NCBI GenBank assembly: GCA_964016885.1
Contig: OZ024741.1
Coordinates: forward strand, 48,670,001-48,734,000
Source of the DNA: Eledone cirrhosa
Taxonomy: Eukaryota
Reading direction: 5' to 3'
Length of the DNA: 64,000 nucleotides
Every line of letters begins with the position of its first letter. Position 1 is the stretch's first letter. The translations under genes and the position numbers were made by a program. Positions 30,500 through 45,400 of the stretch are shown here, one piece after another. Under the pieces are notes generated by a model. That model saw nothing but the letters and a program-made list of their open reading frames with translations, searched no databases and was not told where the DNA came from.

Positions 30500-33400
30500 A
30501 TTACAGTCTAAATATTCTCCAATATTACAGTCTAAATATTCTTCACTACTACGGTCTAAATATTCTCCGCTATTACAGTCAAAATATTCTCCACTATTAC
30601 AGTCTAAATATTCTCCACTATTACAGTCTAAATATTCTCCACTACTACGGTCTAAATATTCTCCGCTATTACTGTCTAAATATTCTCCACTATTACAGTT
30701 TAAATATTCTCCATTATTACAGTTTAAATATTCTCATCTATTACAGTCTAAATATTCTCCACTATTACATTATAAATATTCTCCACTATTACAGTCTAAA
30801 TATTCTCCACTATTACAGTCTAAATATTCTCCACTATTACAGTCTAAATATTCTTCACTACTACGGTCTAAATATTCTCCACTATTACAGTCTAAATATT
30901 CTCCACTATTACAGTCTAAATATACTCCACTATTACAGTCTAAATATTCTTCACTACTACGGTCTAAATATTCTCCGCTATTACAGTCTAAATATTCTCC
31001 GCTATTACAGTCTAAATATTCTTCACAAATACGGTCTAAATATTCTCCACTATTACAGTCTAAATAGTCTCCACTATTACAGTCTAAATATTCTTCATTA
31101 CTACGTCTAAAAATTCTCCACTATTACAGTCTAAATATTCTCCATTGTTACAGTCTAAATATTCTCCACTATTACAGTCTAAATATTCTTCACTACTACG
31201 GTCTAAATATTCTCCACTATTACAGTCTAAATATTCTCCACTATTACAGTCTAAATATTCTCCGCTATTACAGTCTAAATATTCACTATTACGGTCTAAA
31301 TATTCTCCGCTATTACAGTCTAAATATACTTCGCTACTACGGTCTAAATGTTCTCCACTATTACAGTCTAAATATTCTCCACTATTACAGTCTAAATATT
31401 CTTCATTACTACGGTTTAAATATTTTCCACTATTACAGTCTAAATATTCTTCATTAATACGTCTAAAAATTTTCCACTACTACAATCTAAGTATTCTCCA
31501 CTATTACAGTCTAAATATTCTCCACTATTACAGTGTAAATATTCTTCACTACTACGGTCTAAATATTCTCCACTATTACAGTCTAAATATTCTCCAATAT
31601 TACAGTCTAAATATTCTCCACTACTACAGTCTAACTATTCTCCACTATTACAGTCTAAATATTCTCCGCTATTACAGTCTAAGTATTCTTCACTATTAGG
31701 GTCTAAATATTCTCCACTATTACAGTCTAAATATTCTCCGCTATTACAGTCTAAATATTCTCCACTATTACAGTCTAAATATTCTTCACTACTACGGTCT
31801 AAATATTCTCCGCTATTACAGTCTAAATATTCTCCACTATTACAGTCTAAATATTCTCCACTATTACAGTCTAAATATTCTCCACTATTACAGTCTAAAT
31901 ATTCTCCACTATTACAGTCTAAATATTCTCCACTATAACAGTCTAAATATTCTTCACTATTACGGTCTAAATATTTTCCACTATTGGGGTCTAAATATTG
32001 TCCACTATTACAGTCTAAATATTTTCCACTATTGGGGTCTAAATATTCTCCACTATTACAGTCTAAATATTCTTCACTATTACAGTCTAAATATTCTCCG
32101 CTTTTACAATCTAAATATTCTCCGCTATTACAGTCTAAATATTCTCCGCTATTACAGTCTAAATATTCTCCACTATTACAGTCTAAATATTCTCCACTAT
32201 TACAGTCTAAATATTATCCACTATTACAGTCTAAATATTTTCCGCTATTACAGTCTAAATATTCTTCACTACTACGGTCTGAATATTCTTCACTATTACA
32301 GTCTAAATATTCTCCACTATTACAGTCTAAATATTCTCCGCTATTACAGTCTAAATATTCTCCCCTATTACAGTCTAAATATTCTCCACTATTACAGTCT
32401 AAATATTCTCCGTTATTACAATCTAAATATTCTCCGCTATTACAGTCTAAATATTCTCCGCTATTACAGTCTAAATATTCTCCGCTATTACAGTCTAAAT
32501 ATTCTCCACTATTACAGTCTAAATATTCTCCACTATTACAGTCTAAATATTCTCCACTATTACACTCTAAATATTCTCCACTATTACAGTCTAAATATTC
32601 TCCACTATTACGATCTAAATATTCTCCACTATTACGGTCTAAATATTCTCCACTATTACGGTCTAAATATTCTCCGCTATTACAGTCTAAATATTCTTCA
32701 CTACTACGGTCTAAATACTCTCCACTATTACGGTCTAAATATTCTCCACTATTACAGTCTAAATATTCTCCGTTATTACAGTCTAAATATTCTCCAATAT
32801 TACAGTCTAAATATTCTTCACTACTACGGTCTAAATATTCTCCGCTATTACAGTCAAAATATTCTCCACTATTACAGTCTAAATATTCTCCACTATTACA
32901 GTCTAAATATTCTCCACTATTACAGTCTAAATATTCTCCACTACTACGGTCTAAATATTCTCCGCTATTACTGTCTAAATATTCTCCACTATTACAGTCT
33001 AAATATTCTCCAATATTACAGTTTAAATATTCTCATCTATTACAATCTAAATATTCTCCACTATTACATTATAAATATTCTCCACTATTACAGTCTAAAT
33101 ATTCTCCACTATTACAGTCTAAATATTCTCCACTATTACAGTCTAAATATTCTTCACTACTACGGTCTAAATATTCTCCACTATTACAGTCTAAATATAC
33201 TCCACTATTACAGTCTAAATATTCTTCACTACTACGGTCTAAATATTCTCCGCTATTACAGTCTAAATATTCTCCGCTATTACAGTCTAAATATTCTTCA
33301 CAAATACGGTCTAAATATTCTCCACTATTACAGTCTAAATAGTCTCCACTATTAAAGTCTAAATATTCTTCATTACTACGTCTAAAAATTCTCCACTATT

Positions 33401-36400
33401 ACAGTCTAAATATTCTCCATTGTTACAGTCTAAATATTCTCCACTATTACAGTCTAAATATTCTTCACTACTACGGTCTAAATATTCTCCACTATTACAG
33501 TCTAAATATTCTCCACTATTACAGTCTAAATATTCTCCGCTATTACAGTCTAAATATTCACTATTACGGTCTAAATATTCTCCGCTATTACAGTCTAAAT
33601 ATACTTCGCTACTACGGTCTAAATGTTCTCCACTATTACAGTCTAAATATTCTCCACTATTACAGTCTAAATATTCTTCATTACTACGGTTTAAATATTC
33701 TCCACTATTACAGTCTAAATATTCTTCATTACTACGTCTAAAAATTTTCCACTACTACAGTCTAAATATTCTCCACTATTACAGTCTAAATATTCTCCAC
33801 TATTACAGTGTAAATATTCTTCACTACTACGGTCTAAATATACTCCACTATTACAGTCTAAATATTCTCCAATATTACAGTCTAAATATTCTCCACTACT
33901 ACAGTCTAACTATTCTCCACTATTACAGTCTAAATATTCTCCGCTATTACAGTCTAAGTATTCTTCACTATTAGGGTCTAAATATTCTCCACTATTACAG
34001 TCTAAATATTCTCCGCTATTACAGTCTAAATATTCTCCACTATTACAGTCTAAATATTCTTCACTACTACGGTCTAAATATTCTCCGCTATTACAGTCTA
34101 AATATTCTCCACTATTACAGTCTAAATATTCTCCACTATTACAGTCTAAATATTCTCCACTATTACAGTCTAAATATTCTCCACTATTACAGTCTAAATA
34201 TTCTCCACTATAACAGTCTAAATATTCTTCACTATTACGGTCTAAATATTTTCCACTATTGGGGTCTAAATATTCTCCACTATTACAGTCTAAATATTTT
34301 CCACTATTGGGCTCTAAATATTCTCCACTATTACAGTCTAAATATTCTTCACTATTACAGTCTAAATATTCTCCGCTTTTACAATCTAAATATTCTCCGC
34401 TATTACAGTCTAAATATTCTCCGCTATTACAGTCTAAATATTCTCCACTATTACAGTCTAAATATTCTCCACTATTACAGTCTAAATATTATCCACTATT
34501 ACAGTCTAAATATTCTCCGCTATTACAGTCTAAATATTCTTCACTACTACGGTCTGAATATTCTTCACTATTACAGTCTAAATATTCTCCACTATTACAG
34601 TCTAAATATTCTCCGCTATTACAGTCTAAATATTCTCCCCTATTACAGTCTAAATATTCTCCACTATTACAGTCTAAATATTCTCCGTTATTACAATCTA
34701 AATATTCTCCGCTATTACAGTCTAAATATTCTCCGCTATTACAGTCTAAATATTCTCCGCTATTACAGTCTAAATATTCTCCGCTATTACAGTCTAAATA
34801 TTCTCCACTATTACAGTCTAAATATTCTCCGCTATTACAGTCTAAATATACTTCGCTACTACGGTCTAAATGTTCTCCACTATTACAGTCTAAATATTCT
34901 CCACTATTACAGTCTAAATATTCTTCATTACTACGGTTTAAATATTTTCCACTATTACAGTCTAAATATTCTTCATTAATACGTCTAAAAATTTTCCACT
35001 ACTACAATCTAAGTATTCTCCACTATTACAGTCTAAATATTCTCCACTATTACAGTGTAAATATTCTTCACTACTACGGTCTAAATATTCTCCACTATTA
35101 CAGTCTAAATATTCTCCAATATTACAGTCTAAATATTCTCCACTACTACAGTCTAACTATTCTCCACTATTACAGTCTAAATATTCTCCGCTATTACAGT
35201 CTAAGTATTCTTCACTATTAGGGTCTAAATATTCTCCACTATTACAGTCTAAATATTCTCCGCTATTACAGTCTAAATATTCTCCACTATTACAGTCTAA
35301 ATATTCTTCACTACTACGGTCTAAATATTCTCCGCTATTACAGTCTAAATATTCTCCACTATTACAGTCTAAATATTCTCCACTATTACAGTCTAAATAT
35401 TCTCCACTATTACAGTCTAAATATTCTCCACTATTACAGTCTAAATATTCTCCACTTTAACAGTCTAAATATTCTTCACTATTACGGTCTAAATATTTTC
35501 CACTATTGGGGTCTAAATATTGTCCACTATTACAGTCTAAATATTTTCCACTATTGGGGTCTAAATATTCTCCACTATTACAGTCTAAATATTCTTCACT
35601 ATTACAGTCTAAATATTCTCCGCTTTTACAATCTAAATATTCTCCGCTATTACAGTCTAAATATTCTCCGCTATTACAGTCTAAATATTCTCCACTATTA
35701 CAGTCTAAATATTCTCCACTATTACAGTCTAAATATTATCCACTATTACAGTCTAAATATTTTCCGCTATTACAGTCTAAATATTCTTCACTACTACGGT
35801 CTGAATATTCTTCACTATTACAGTCTAAATATTCTCCACTATTACAGTCTAAATATTCTCCGCTATTACAGTCTAAATATTCTCCCCTATTACAGTCTAA
35901 ATATTCTCCACTATTACAGTCTAAATATTCTCCGTTATTACAATCTAAATATTCTCCGCTATTACAGTCTAAATATTCTCCGCTATTACAGTCTAAATAT
36001 TCTCCGCTATTACAGTCTAAATATTCTCCGCTATTACAGTCTAAATATTCTCCACTATTACAGTCTAAATATTCTCCACTATTACACTCTAAATATTCTC
36101 CACTATTACAGTCTAAATATTCTCCACTATTACGATCTAAATATTCTCCACTATTACGGTCTAAATATTCTCCACTATTACGGTCTAAATATTCTCCGCT
36201 ATTACAGTCTAAATATTCTTCACTACTACGGTCTAAATACTCTCCACTATTACGGTCTAAATATTCTCCACTATTACAGTCTAAATATTCTCCGTTATTA
36301 CAGTCTAAATATTCTTCACTACTACGGTTTAAATATTCTCCTCTATTACAGTCTAAAAAGTCTCCACTATTACAGTCTAAATATTCTTCACAAATACGGT

Positions 36401-39400
36401 CTAAATATTCTCCACTATTACGGTCTAAATATTCTCCACTATTACAGTCTAAATATTCTTCATTACTATGTCTAAATATTCTCCACTATTACAGTCTAAA
36501 TATTCTCCACTATTACAGTCTAAATATTCTCCACTATTACAGTCTAAATATTCTCCGCTATTACAGTCTAAATATTCACTATTACGGTCTAAATATTCTC
36601 CGCTATTACAGTCTAAATATTCTCCACTATTACAGTCTAAATATTCTTCATTACTACGGTCTAAATATTCTGCACTATTAGAGTCTAAATATTCTCCACT
36701 ATTACAGACTAAATATTCTTCATTACTACGTCTAAAAATTCTCCACTATTACAGTCTATATATTCTCCAGTATTACAGTCTAAATATTCTCCACTATTAC
36801 AGTCTAAATATTCTTCACTAGTACGGTCTAAATATGCTCCACTATTACAGTCTAAATATTCTCCAATATTACAGTCTAAATATTCTTCACTACTACGGTC
36901 TAAATATTCTCCGCTATTACAGTCAAAATATTCTCCACTATTACAGTCTAAATATTCTCCACTATTACAGTCTAAATATTCTCCACTATTACAGTCTAAA
37001 TATTCTCCACTACTACGGTCTAAATATTCTCCGCTATTACTGTCTAAATATTCTCCACTATTACAGTCTAAATATTCTCCAATATTACAGTTTAAATATT
37101 CTCATCTATTACAATCTAAATATTCTCCACTATTACATTATAAATATTCTCCACTATTACAGTCTAAATATTCTCCACTATTACAGTCTAAATATTCTCC
37201 ACTATTACAGTCTAAATATTCTTCACTACTACGGTCTAAATATTCTCCACTATTACAGTCTAAATATACTCCACTATTACAGTCTAAATATTCTTCACTA
37301 CTACGGTCTAAATATTCTCCGCTATTACAGTCTAAATATTCTCCGCTATTACAGTCTAAATATTCTTCACAAATACGGTCTAAATATTCTCCACTATTAC
37401 AGTCTAAATAGTCTCCACTATTAAAGTCTAAATATTCTTCATTACTACGTCTAAAAATTCTCCACTATTACAGTCTAAATATTCTCCATTGTTACAGTCT
37501 AAATATTCTCCACTATTACAGTCTAAATATTCTTCACTACTACGGTCTAAATATTCTCCACTATTACAGTCTAAATATTCTCCACTATTACAGTCTAAAT
37601 ATTCTCCGCTATTACAGTCTAAATATTCACTATTACGGTCTAAATATTCTCCGCTATTACAGTCTAAATATACTTCGCTACTACGGTCTAAATGTTCTCC
37701 ACTATTACAGTCTAAATATTCTCCACTATTACAGTCTAAATATTCTTCATTACTACGGTTTAAATATTCTCCACTATTACAGTCTAAATATTCTTCATTA
37801 CTACGTCTAAAAATTTTCCACTACTACAGTCTAAATATTCTCCACTATTACAGTCTAAATATTCTCCACTATTACAGTGTAAATATTCTTCACTACTACG
37901 GTCTAAATATTCTCCACTATTACAGTCTAAATATTCTCCAATATTACAGTCTAAATATTCTCCACTACTACAGTCTAACTATTCTCCACTATTACAGTCT
38001 AAATATTCTCCGCTATTACAGTCTAAGTATTCTTCACTATTAGGGTCTAAATATTCTCCACTATTACAGTCTAAATATTCTCCGCTATTACAGTCTAAAT
38101 ATTCTCCACTATTACAGTCTAAATATTCTTCACTACTACGGTCTAAATATTCTCCGCTATTACAGTCTAAATATTCTCCACTATTACAGTCTAAATATTC
38201 TCCACTATTACAGTCTAAATATTCTCCACTATTACAGTCTAAATATTCTCCACTATTACAGTCTAAATATTCTCCACTATAACAGTCTAAATATTCTTCA
38301 CTATTACGGTCTAAATATTTTCCACTATTGGGGTCTAAATATTCTCCACTATTACAGTCTAAATATTTTCCACTATTGGGCTCTAAATATTCTCCACTAT
38401 TACAGTCTAAATATTCTTCACTATTACAGTCTAAATATTCTCCGCTTTTACAATCTAAATATTCTCCGCTATTACAGTCTAAATATTCTCCGCTATTACA
38501 GTCTAAATATTCTCCACTATTACAGTCTAAATATTCTCCACTATTACAGTCTAAATATTATCCACTATTACAGTCTAAATATTCTCCGCTATTACAGTCT
38601 AAATATTCTTCACTACTACGGTCTGAATATTCTTCACTATTACAGTCTAAATATTCTCCACTATTACAGTCTAAATATTCTCCGCTATTACAGTCTAAAT
38701 ATTCTCCCCTATTACAGTCTAAATATTCTCCACTATTACAGTCTAAATATTCTCCGTTATTACAATCTAAATATTCTCCGCTATTACAGTCTAAATATTC
38801 TCCGCTATTACAGTCTAAATATTCTCCGCTATTACAGTCTAAATATTCTCCGCTATTACAGTCTAAATATTCTCCACTATTACAGTCTAAATATTCTCCA
38901 CTATTACACTCTAAATATTCTCCACTATTACAGTCTAAATATTCTCCACTATTACAGTCTAAATATTCTCCACTATTACAGTCTAAATATTCTTCATTAC
39001 TACGGTTTAAATATTCTCCACTATTACAGTCTAAATATTCTTCATTACTACGTCTAAAAATTTTCCACTACTACAGTCTAAATATTCTCCACTATTACAG
39101 TCTAAATATTCTCCACTATTACAGTGTAAATATTCTTCACTACTACGGTCTAAATATTCTCCACTATTACAGTCTAAATATTCTCCAATATTACAGTCTA
39201 AATATTCTCCACTACTACAGTCTAACTATTCTCCACTATTACAGTCTAAATATTCTCCGCTATTACAGTCTAAGTATTCTTCACTATTAGGGTCTAAATA
39301 TTCTCCACTATTACAGTCTAAATATTCTCCGCTATTACAGTCTAAATATTCTCCACTATTACAGTCTAAATATTCTTCACTACTACGGTCTAAATATTCT

Positions 39401-42400
39401 CCGCTATTACAGTCTAAATATTCTCCACTATTACAGTCTAAATATTCTCCACTATTACAGTCTAAATATGCTCCACTATTACAGTCTAAATATTCTCCAC
39501 TATTACAGTCTAAATATTCTCCACTATAACAGTCTAAATATTCTTCACTATTACGGTCTAAATATTTTCCACTATTGGGGTCTAAATATTCTCCACTATT
39601 ACAGTCTAAATATTTTCCACTATTGGGCTCTAAATATTCTCCACTATTACAGTCTAAATATTCTTCACTATTACAGTCTAAATATTCTCCGCTTTTACAA
39701 TCTAAATATTCTCCGCTATTACAGTCTAAATATTCTCCGCTATTACAGTCTAAATATTCTCCACTATTACAGTCTAAATATTCTCCACTATTACAGTCTA
39801 AATATTATCCACTATTACAGTCTAAATATTCTCCGCTATTACAGTCTAAATATTCTTCAATACTACGGTCTGAATATTCTTCACTATTACAGTCTAAATA
39901 TTCTCCACTATTACAGTCTAAATATTCTCCGCTATTACAGTCTAAATATTCTCCCCTATTACAGTCTAAATATTCTCCACTATTACAGTCTAAATATTCT
40001 CCGTTATTACAATCTAAATATTCTCCGCTATTACAGTCTAAATATTCTCCGCTATTACAGTCTAAATATTCTCCGCTATTACAGTCTAAATATTCTCCGC
40101 TATTACAGTCTAAATATTCTCCACTATTACAGTCTAAATATTCTCCGCTATTACAGTCTAAATATTCTCCCCTATTACAGTCTAAATATTCTCCACTATT
40201 ACAGTCTAAATATTCTCCGTTATTACAATCTAAATATTCTCCGCTATTACAGTCTAAATATTCTCCGCTATTACAGTCTAAATATTCTCCGCTATTACAG
40301 TCTAAATATTCTCCGCTATTACAGTCTAAATATTCTCCACTATTACAGTCTAAATATTCTCCACTATTACACTCTAAATATTCTCCACTATTACAGTCTA
40401 AATATTGTCCACTATTACGATCTAAATATTCTCCACTATTACGGTCTAAATATTCTCCACTATTACGGTGTAAATATTCTCCGCTATTACAGTCTAAATA
40501 TTCTTCACTACTACGGTCTAAATACTCTCCACTATTACGGTCTAAATATTCTCCACTATTACAGTCTAAATATTCTCCGTTATTACAGTCTAAATATTCT
40601 TCACTACTACGGTTTAAATATTCTCCTCTATTACAGTCTAAAAAGTCTCCACTATTACAGTCTAAATATTCTTCACAAATACGGTCTAAATATTCTCCAC
40701 TATTACGGTCTAAATATTCTCCACTATTACAGTCTAAATATTCTTCATTACTATGTCTAAATATTCTCCACTATTACAGTCTAAATATTCTCCACTATTA
40801 CAGTCTAAATATTCTCCACTATTACAGTCTAAATATTCTCCGCTATTACAGTCTAAATATTCACTATTACGGTCTAAATATTCTCCGCTATTACAGTCTA
40901 AATATTCTCCACTATTACAGTCTAAATATTCTTCATTACTACGGTCTAAATATTCTGCACTATTAGAGTCTAAATATTCTCCACTATTACAGTCTAAATA
41001 TTCTTCATTACTACGTCTAAAAATTCTCCACTATTACAGTCTAAATATTCTCCAGTATTACAGTCTAAATATTCTCCACTATTACAGTCTAAATATTCTT
41101 CACTAGTACGGTCTAAATATGCTCCACTATTACAGTCTAAATATTCTCCAATATTACAGTCTAAATATTCTTCACTACTACGGTCTAAATATTCTCCGCT
41201 ATTACAGTCAAAATATTCTCCACTATTACAGTCTAAATATTCTCCACTATTACAGTCTAAATATTCTCCACTATTACAGTCTAAATATTCTCCACTACTA
41301 CGGTCTAAATATTCTCCGCTATTACTGTCTAAATATTCTCCACTATTACAGTCTAAATATTCTCCAATATTACAGTTTAAATATTCTCATCTATTACAAT
41401 CTAAATATTCTCCACTATTACATTATAAATATTCTCCACTATTACAGTCTAAATATTCTCCACTATTACAGTCTAAATATTCTCCACTATTACAGTCTAA
41501 ATATTCTTCACTACTACGGTCTAAATATTCTCCACTATTACAGTCTAAATATACTCCACTATTACAGTCTAAATATTCTTCACTACTACGGTCTAAATAT
41601 TCTCCGCTATTACAGTCTAAATATTCTCCGCTATTACAGTCTAAATATTCTTCACAAATACGGTCTAAATATTCTCCACTATTACAGTCTAAATAGTCTC
41701 CACTATTACAGTCTAAATATTCTTCATTACTACGTCTAAAAATTCTCCACTATTACAGTCTAAATATTCTCCATTGTTACAGTCTAAATATTCTCCACTA
41801 TTACAGTCTAAATATTCTTCACTACTACGGTCTAAATATTCTCCACTATTACAGTCTAAATATTCTCCACTATTACAGTCTAAATATTCTCCGCTATTAC
41901 AGTCTAAATATTCACTATTACGGTCTAAATATTCTCCGCTATTACAGTCTAAATATACTTCGCTACTACGGTCTAAATGTTCTCCACTATTACAGTCTAA
42001 ATATTCTCCACTATTACAGTCTAAATATTCTTCATTACTACGGTTTAAATATTCTCCACTATTACAGTCTAAATATTCTTCATTACTACGTCTAAAAATT
42101 TTCCACTACTACAGTCTAAATATTCTCCACTATTACAGTCTAAATATTCTCCACTATTACAGTGTAAATATTCTTCACTACTACGGTCTAAATATTCTCC
42201 ACTATTACAGTCTAAATATTCTCCAATATTACAGTCTAAATATTCTCCACTACTACAGTCTAACTATTCTCCACTATTACAGTCTAAATATTCTCCGCTA
42301 TTACAGTCTAAGTATTCTTCACTATTAGGGTCTAAATATTCTCCACTATTACAGTCTAAATATTCTCCGCTATTACAGTCTAAATATTCTCCACTATTAC

Positions 42401-45400
42401 AGTCTAAATATTCTTCACTACTACGGTCTAAATATTCTCCGCTATTACAGTCTAAATATTCTCCACTATTACAGTCTAAATATTCTCCACTATTACAGTC
42501 TAAATATTCTCCACTATTACAGTCTAAATATTCTCCACTATTACAGTCTAAATATTCTCCACTATAACAGTCTAAATATTCTTCACTATTACGGTCTAAA
42601 TATTTTCCACTATTGGGGTCTAAATATTCTCCACTATTACAGTCTAAATATTTTCCACTATTGGGCTCTAAATATTCTCCACTATTACAGTCTAAATATT
42701 CTTCACTATTACAGTCTAAATATTCTCCGCTTTTACAATCTAAATATTCTCCGCTATTACAGTCTAAATATTCTCCGCTATTACAGTCTAAATATTCTCC
42801 ACTATTACAGTCTAAATATTCTCCACTATTACAGTCTAAATATTATCCACTATTACAGTCTAAATATTCTCCGCTATTACAGTCTAAATATTCTTCACTA
42901 CTACGGTCTGAATATTCTTCACTATTACAGTCTAAATATTCTCCACTATTACAGTCTAAATATTCTCCGCTATTACAGTCTAAATATTCTCCCCTATTAC
43001 AGTCTAAATATTCTCCACTATTACAGTCTAAATATTCTCCGTTATTACAATCTAAATATTCTCCGCTATTACAGTCTAAATATTCTCCGCTATTACAGTC
43101 TAAATATTCTCCGCTATTACAGTCTAAATATTCTCCGCTATTACAGTCTAAATATTCTCCACTATTACAGTCTAAATATTCTCCACTATTACACTCTAAA
43201 TATTCTCCACTATTACAGTCTAAATATTCTCCACTATTACAGTCTAAATATTCTCCACTATTACAGTCTAAATATTCTTCATTACTACGGTTTAAATATT
43301 CTCCACTATTACAGTCTAAATATTCTTCATTACTACGTCTAAAAATTTTCCACTACTACAGTCTAAATATTCTCCACTATTACAGTCTAAATATTCTCCA
43401 CTATTACAGTGTAAATATTCTTCACTACTACGGTCTAAATATTCTCCACTATTACAGTCTAAATATTCTCCAATATTACAGTCTAAATATTCTCCACTAC
43501 TACAGTCTAACTATTCTCCACTATTACAGTCTAAATATTCTCCGCTATTACAGTCTAAGTATTCTTCACTATTAGGGTCTAAATATTCTCCACTATTACA
43601 GTCTAAATATTCTCCGCTATTACAGTCTAAATATTCTCCACTATTACAGTCTAAATATTCTTCACTACTACGGTCTAAATATTCTCCGCTATTACAGTCT
43701 AAATATTCTCCACTATTACAGTCTAAATATTCTCCACTATTACAGTCTAAATATGCTCCACTATTACAGTCTAAATATTCTCCACTATTACAGTCTAAAT
43801 ATTCTCCACTATAACAGTCTAAATATTCTTCACTATTACGGTCTAAATATTCTCCACTATTACAGTCTAAATATTCTCCGTTATTACAGTCTAAATATTC
43901 TTCACTACTACGGTTTAAATATTCTCCTCTATTACAGTCTAAAAAGTCTCCACTATTACAGTCTAAATATTCTTCACAAATACGGTCTAAATATTCTCCA
44001 CTATTACGGTCTAAATATTCTCCACTATTACAGTCTAAATATTCTTCATTACTATGTCTAAATATTCTCCACTATTACAGTCTAAATATTCTCCACTATT
44101 ACAGTCTAAATATTCTCCACTATTACAGTCTAAATATTCTCCGCTATTACAGTCTAAATATTCACTATTACGGTCTAAATATTCTCCGCTATTACAGTCT
44201 AAATATTCTCCACTATTACAGTCTAAATATTCTTCATTACTACGGTCTAAATATTCTGCACTATTAGAGTCTAAATATTCTCCACTATTACAGACTAAAT
44301 ATTCTTCATTACTACGTCTAAAAATTCTCCACTATTACAGTCTATATATTCTCCAGTATTACAGTCTAAATATTCTCCACTATTACAGTCTAAATATTCT
44401 TCACTAGTACGGTCTAAATATGCTCCACTATTACAGTCTAAATATTCTCCAATATTACAGTCTAAATATTCTTCACTACTACGGTCTAAATATTCTCCGC
44501 TATTACAGTCAAAATATTCTCCACTATTACAGTCTAAATATTCTCCACTATTACAGTCTAAATATTCTCCACTATTACAGTCTAAATATTCTCCACTACT
44601 ACGGTCTAAATATTCTCCGCTATTACTGTCTAAATATTCTCCACTATTACAGTCTAAATATTCTCCAATATTACAGTTTAAATATTCTCATCTATTACAA
44701 TCTAAATATTCTCCACTATTACATTATAAATATTCTCCACTATTACAGTCTAAATATTCTCCACTATTACAGTCTAAATATTCTCCACTATTACAGTCTA
44801 AATATTCTTCACTACTACGGTCTAAATATTCTCCACTATTACAGTCTAAATATACTCCACTATTACAGTCTAAATATTCTTCACTACTACGGTCTAAATA
44901 TTCTCCGCTATTACAGTCTAAATATTCTCCGCTATTACAGTCTAAATATTCTTCACAAATACGGTCTAAATATTCTCCACTATTACAGTCTAAATAGTCT
45001 CCACTATTAAAGTCTAAATATTCTTCATTACTACGTCTAAAAATTCTCCACTATTACAGTCTAAATATTCTCCATTGTTACAGTCTAAATATTCTCCACT
45101 ATTACAGTCTAAATATTCTTCACTACTACGGTCTAAATATTCTCCACTATTACAGTCTAAATATTCTCCACTATTACAGTCTAAATATTCTCCGCTATTA
45201 CAGTCTAAATATTCACTATTACGGTCTAAATATTCTCCGCTATTACAGTCTAAATATACTTCGCTACTACGGTCTAAATGTTCTCCACTATTACAGTCTA
45301 AATATTCTCCACTATTACAGTCTAAATATTCTTCATTACTACGGTTTAAATATTCTCCACTATTACAGTCTAAATATTCTTCATTACTACGTCTAAAAAT

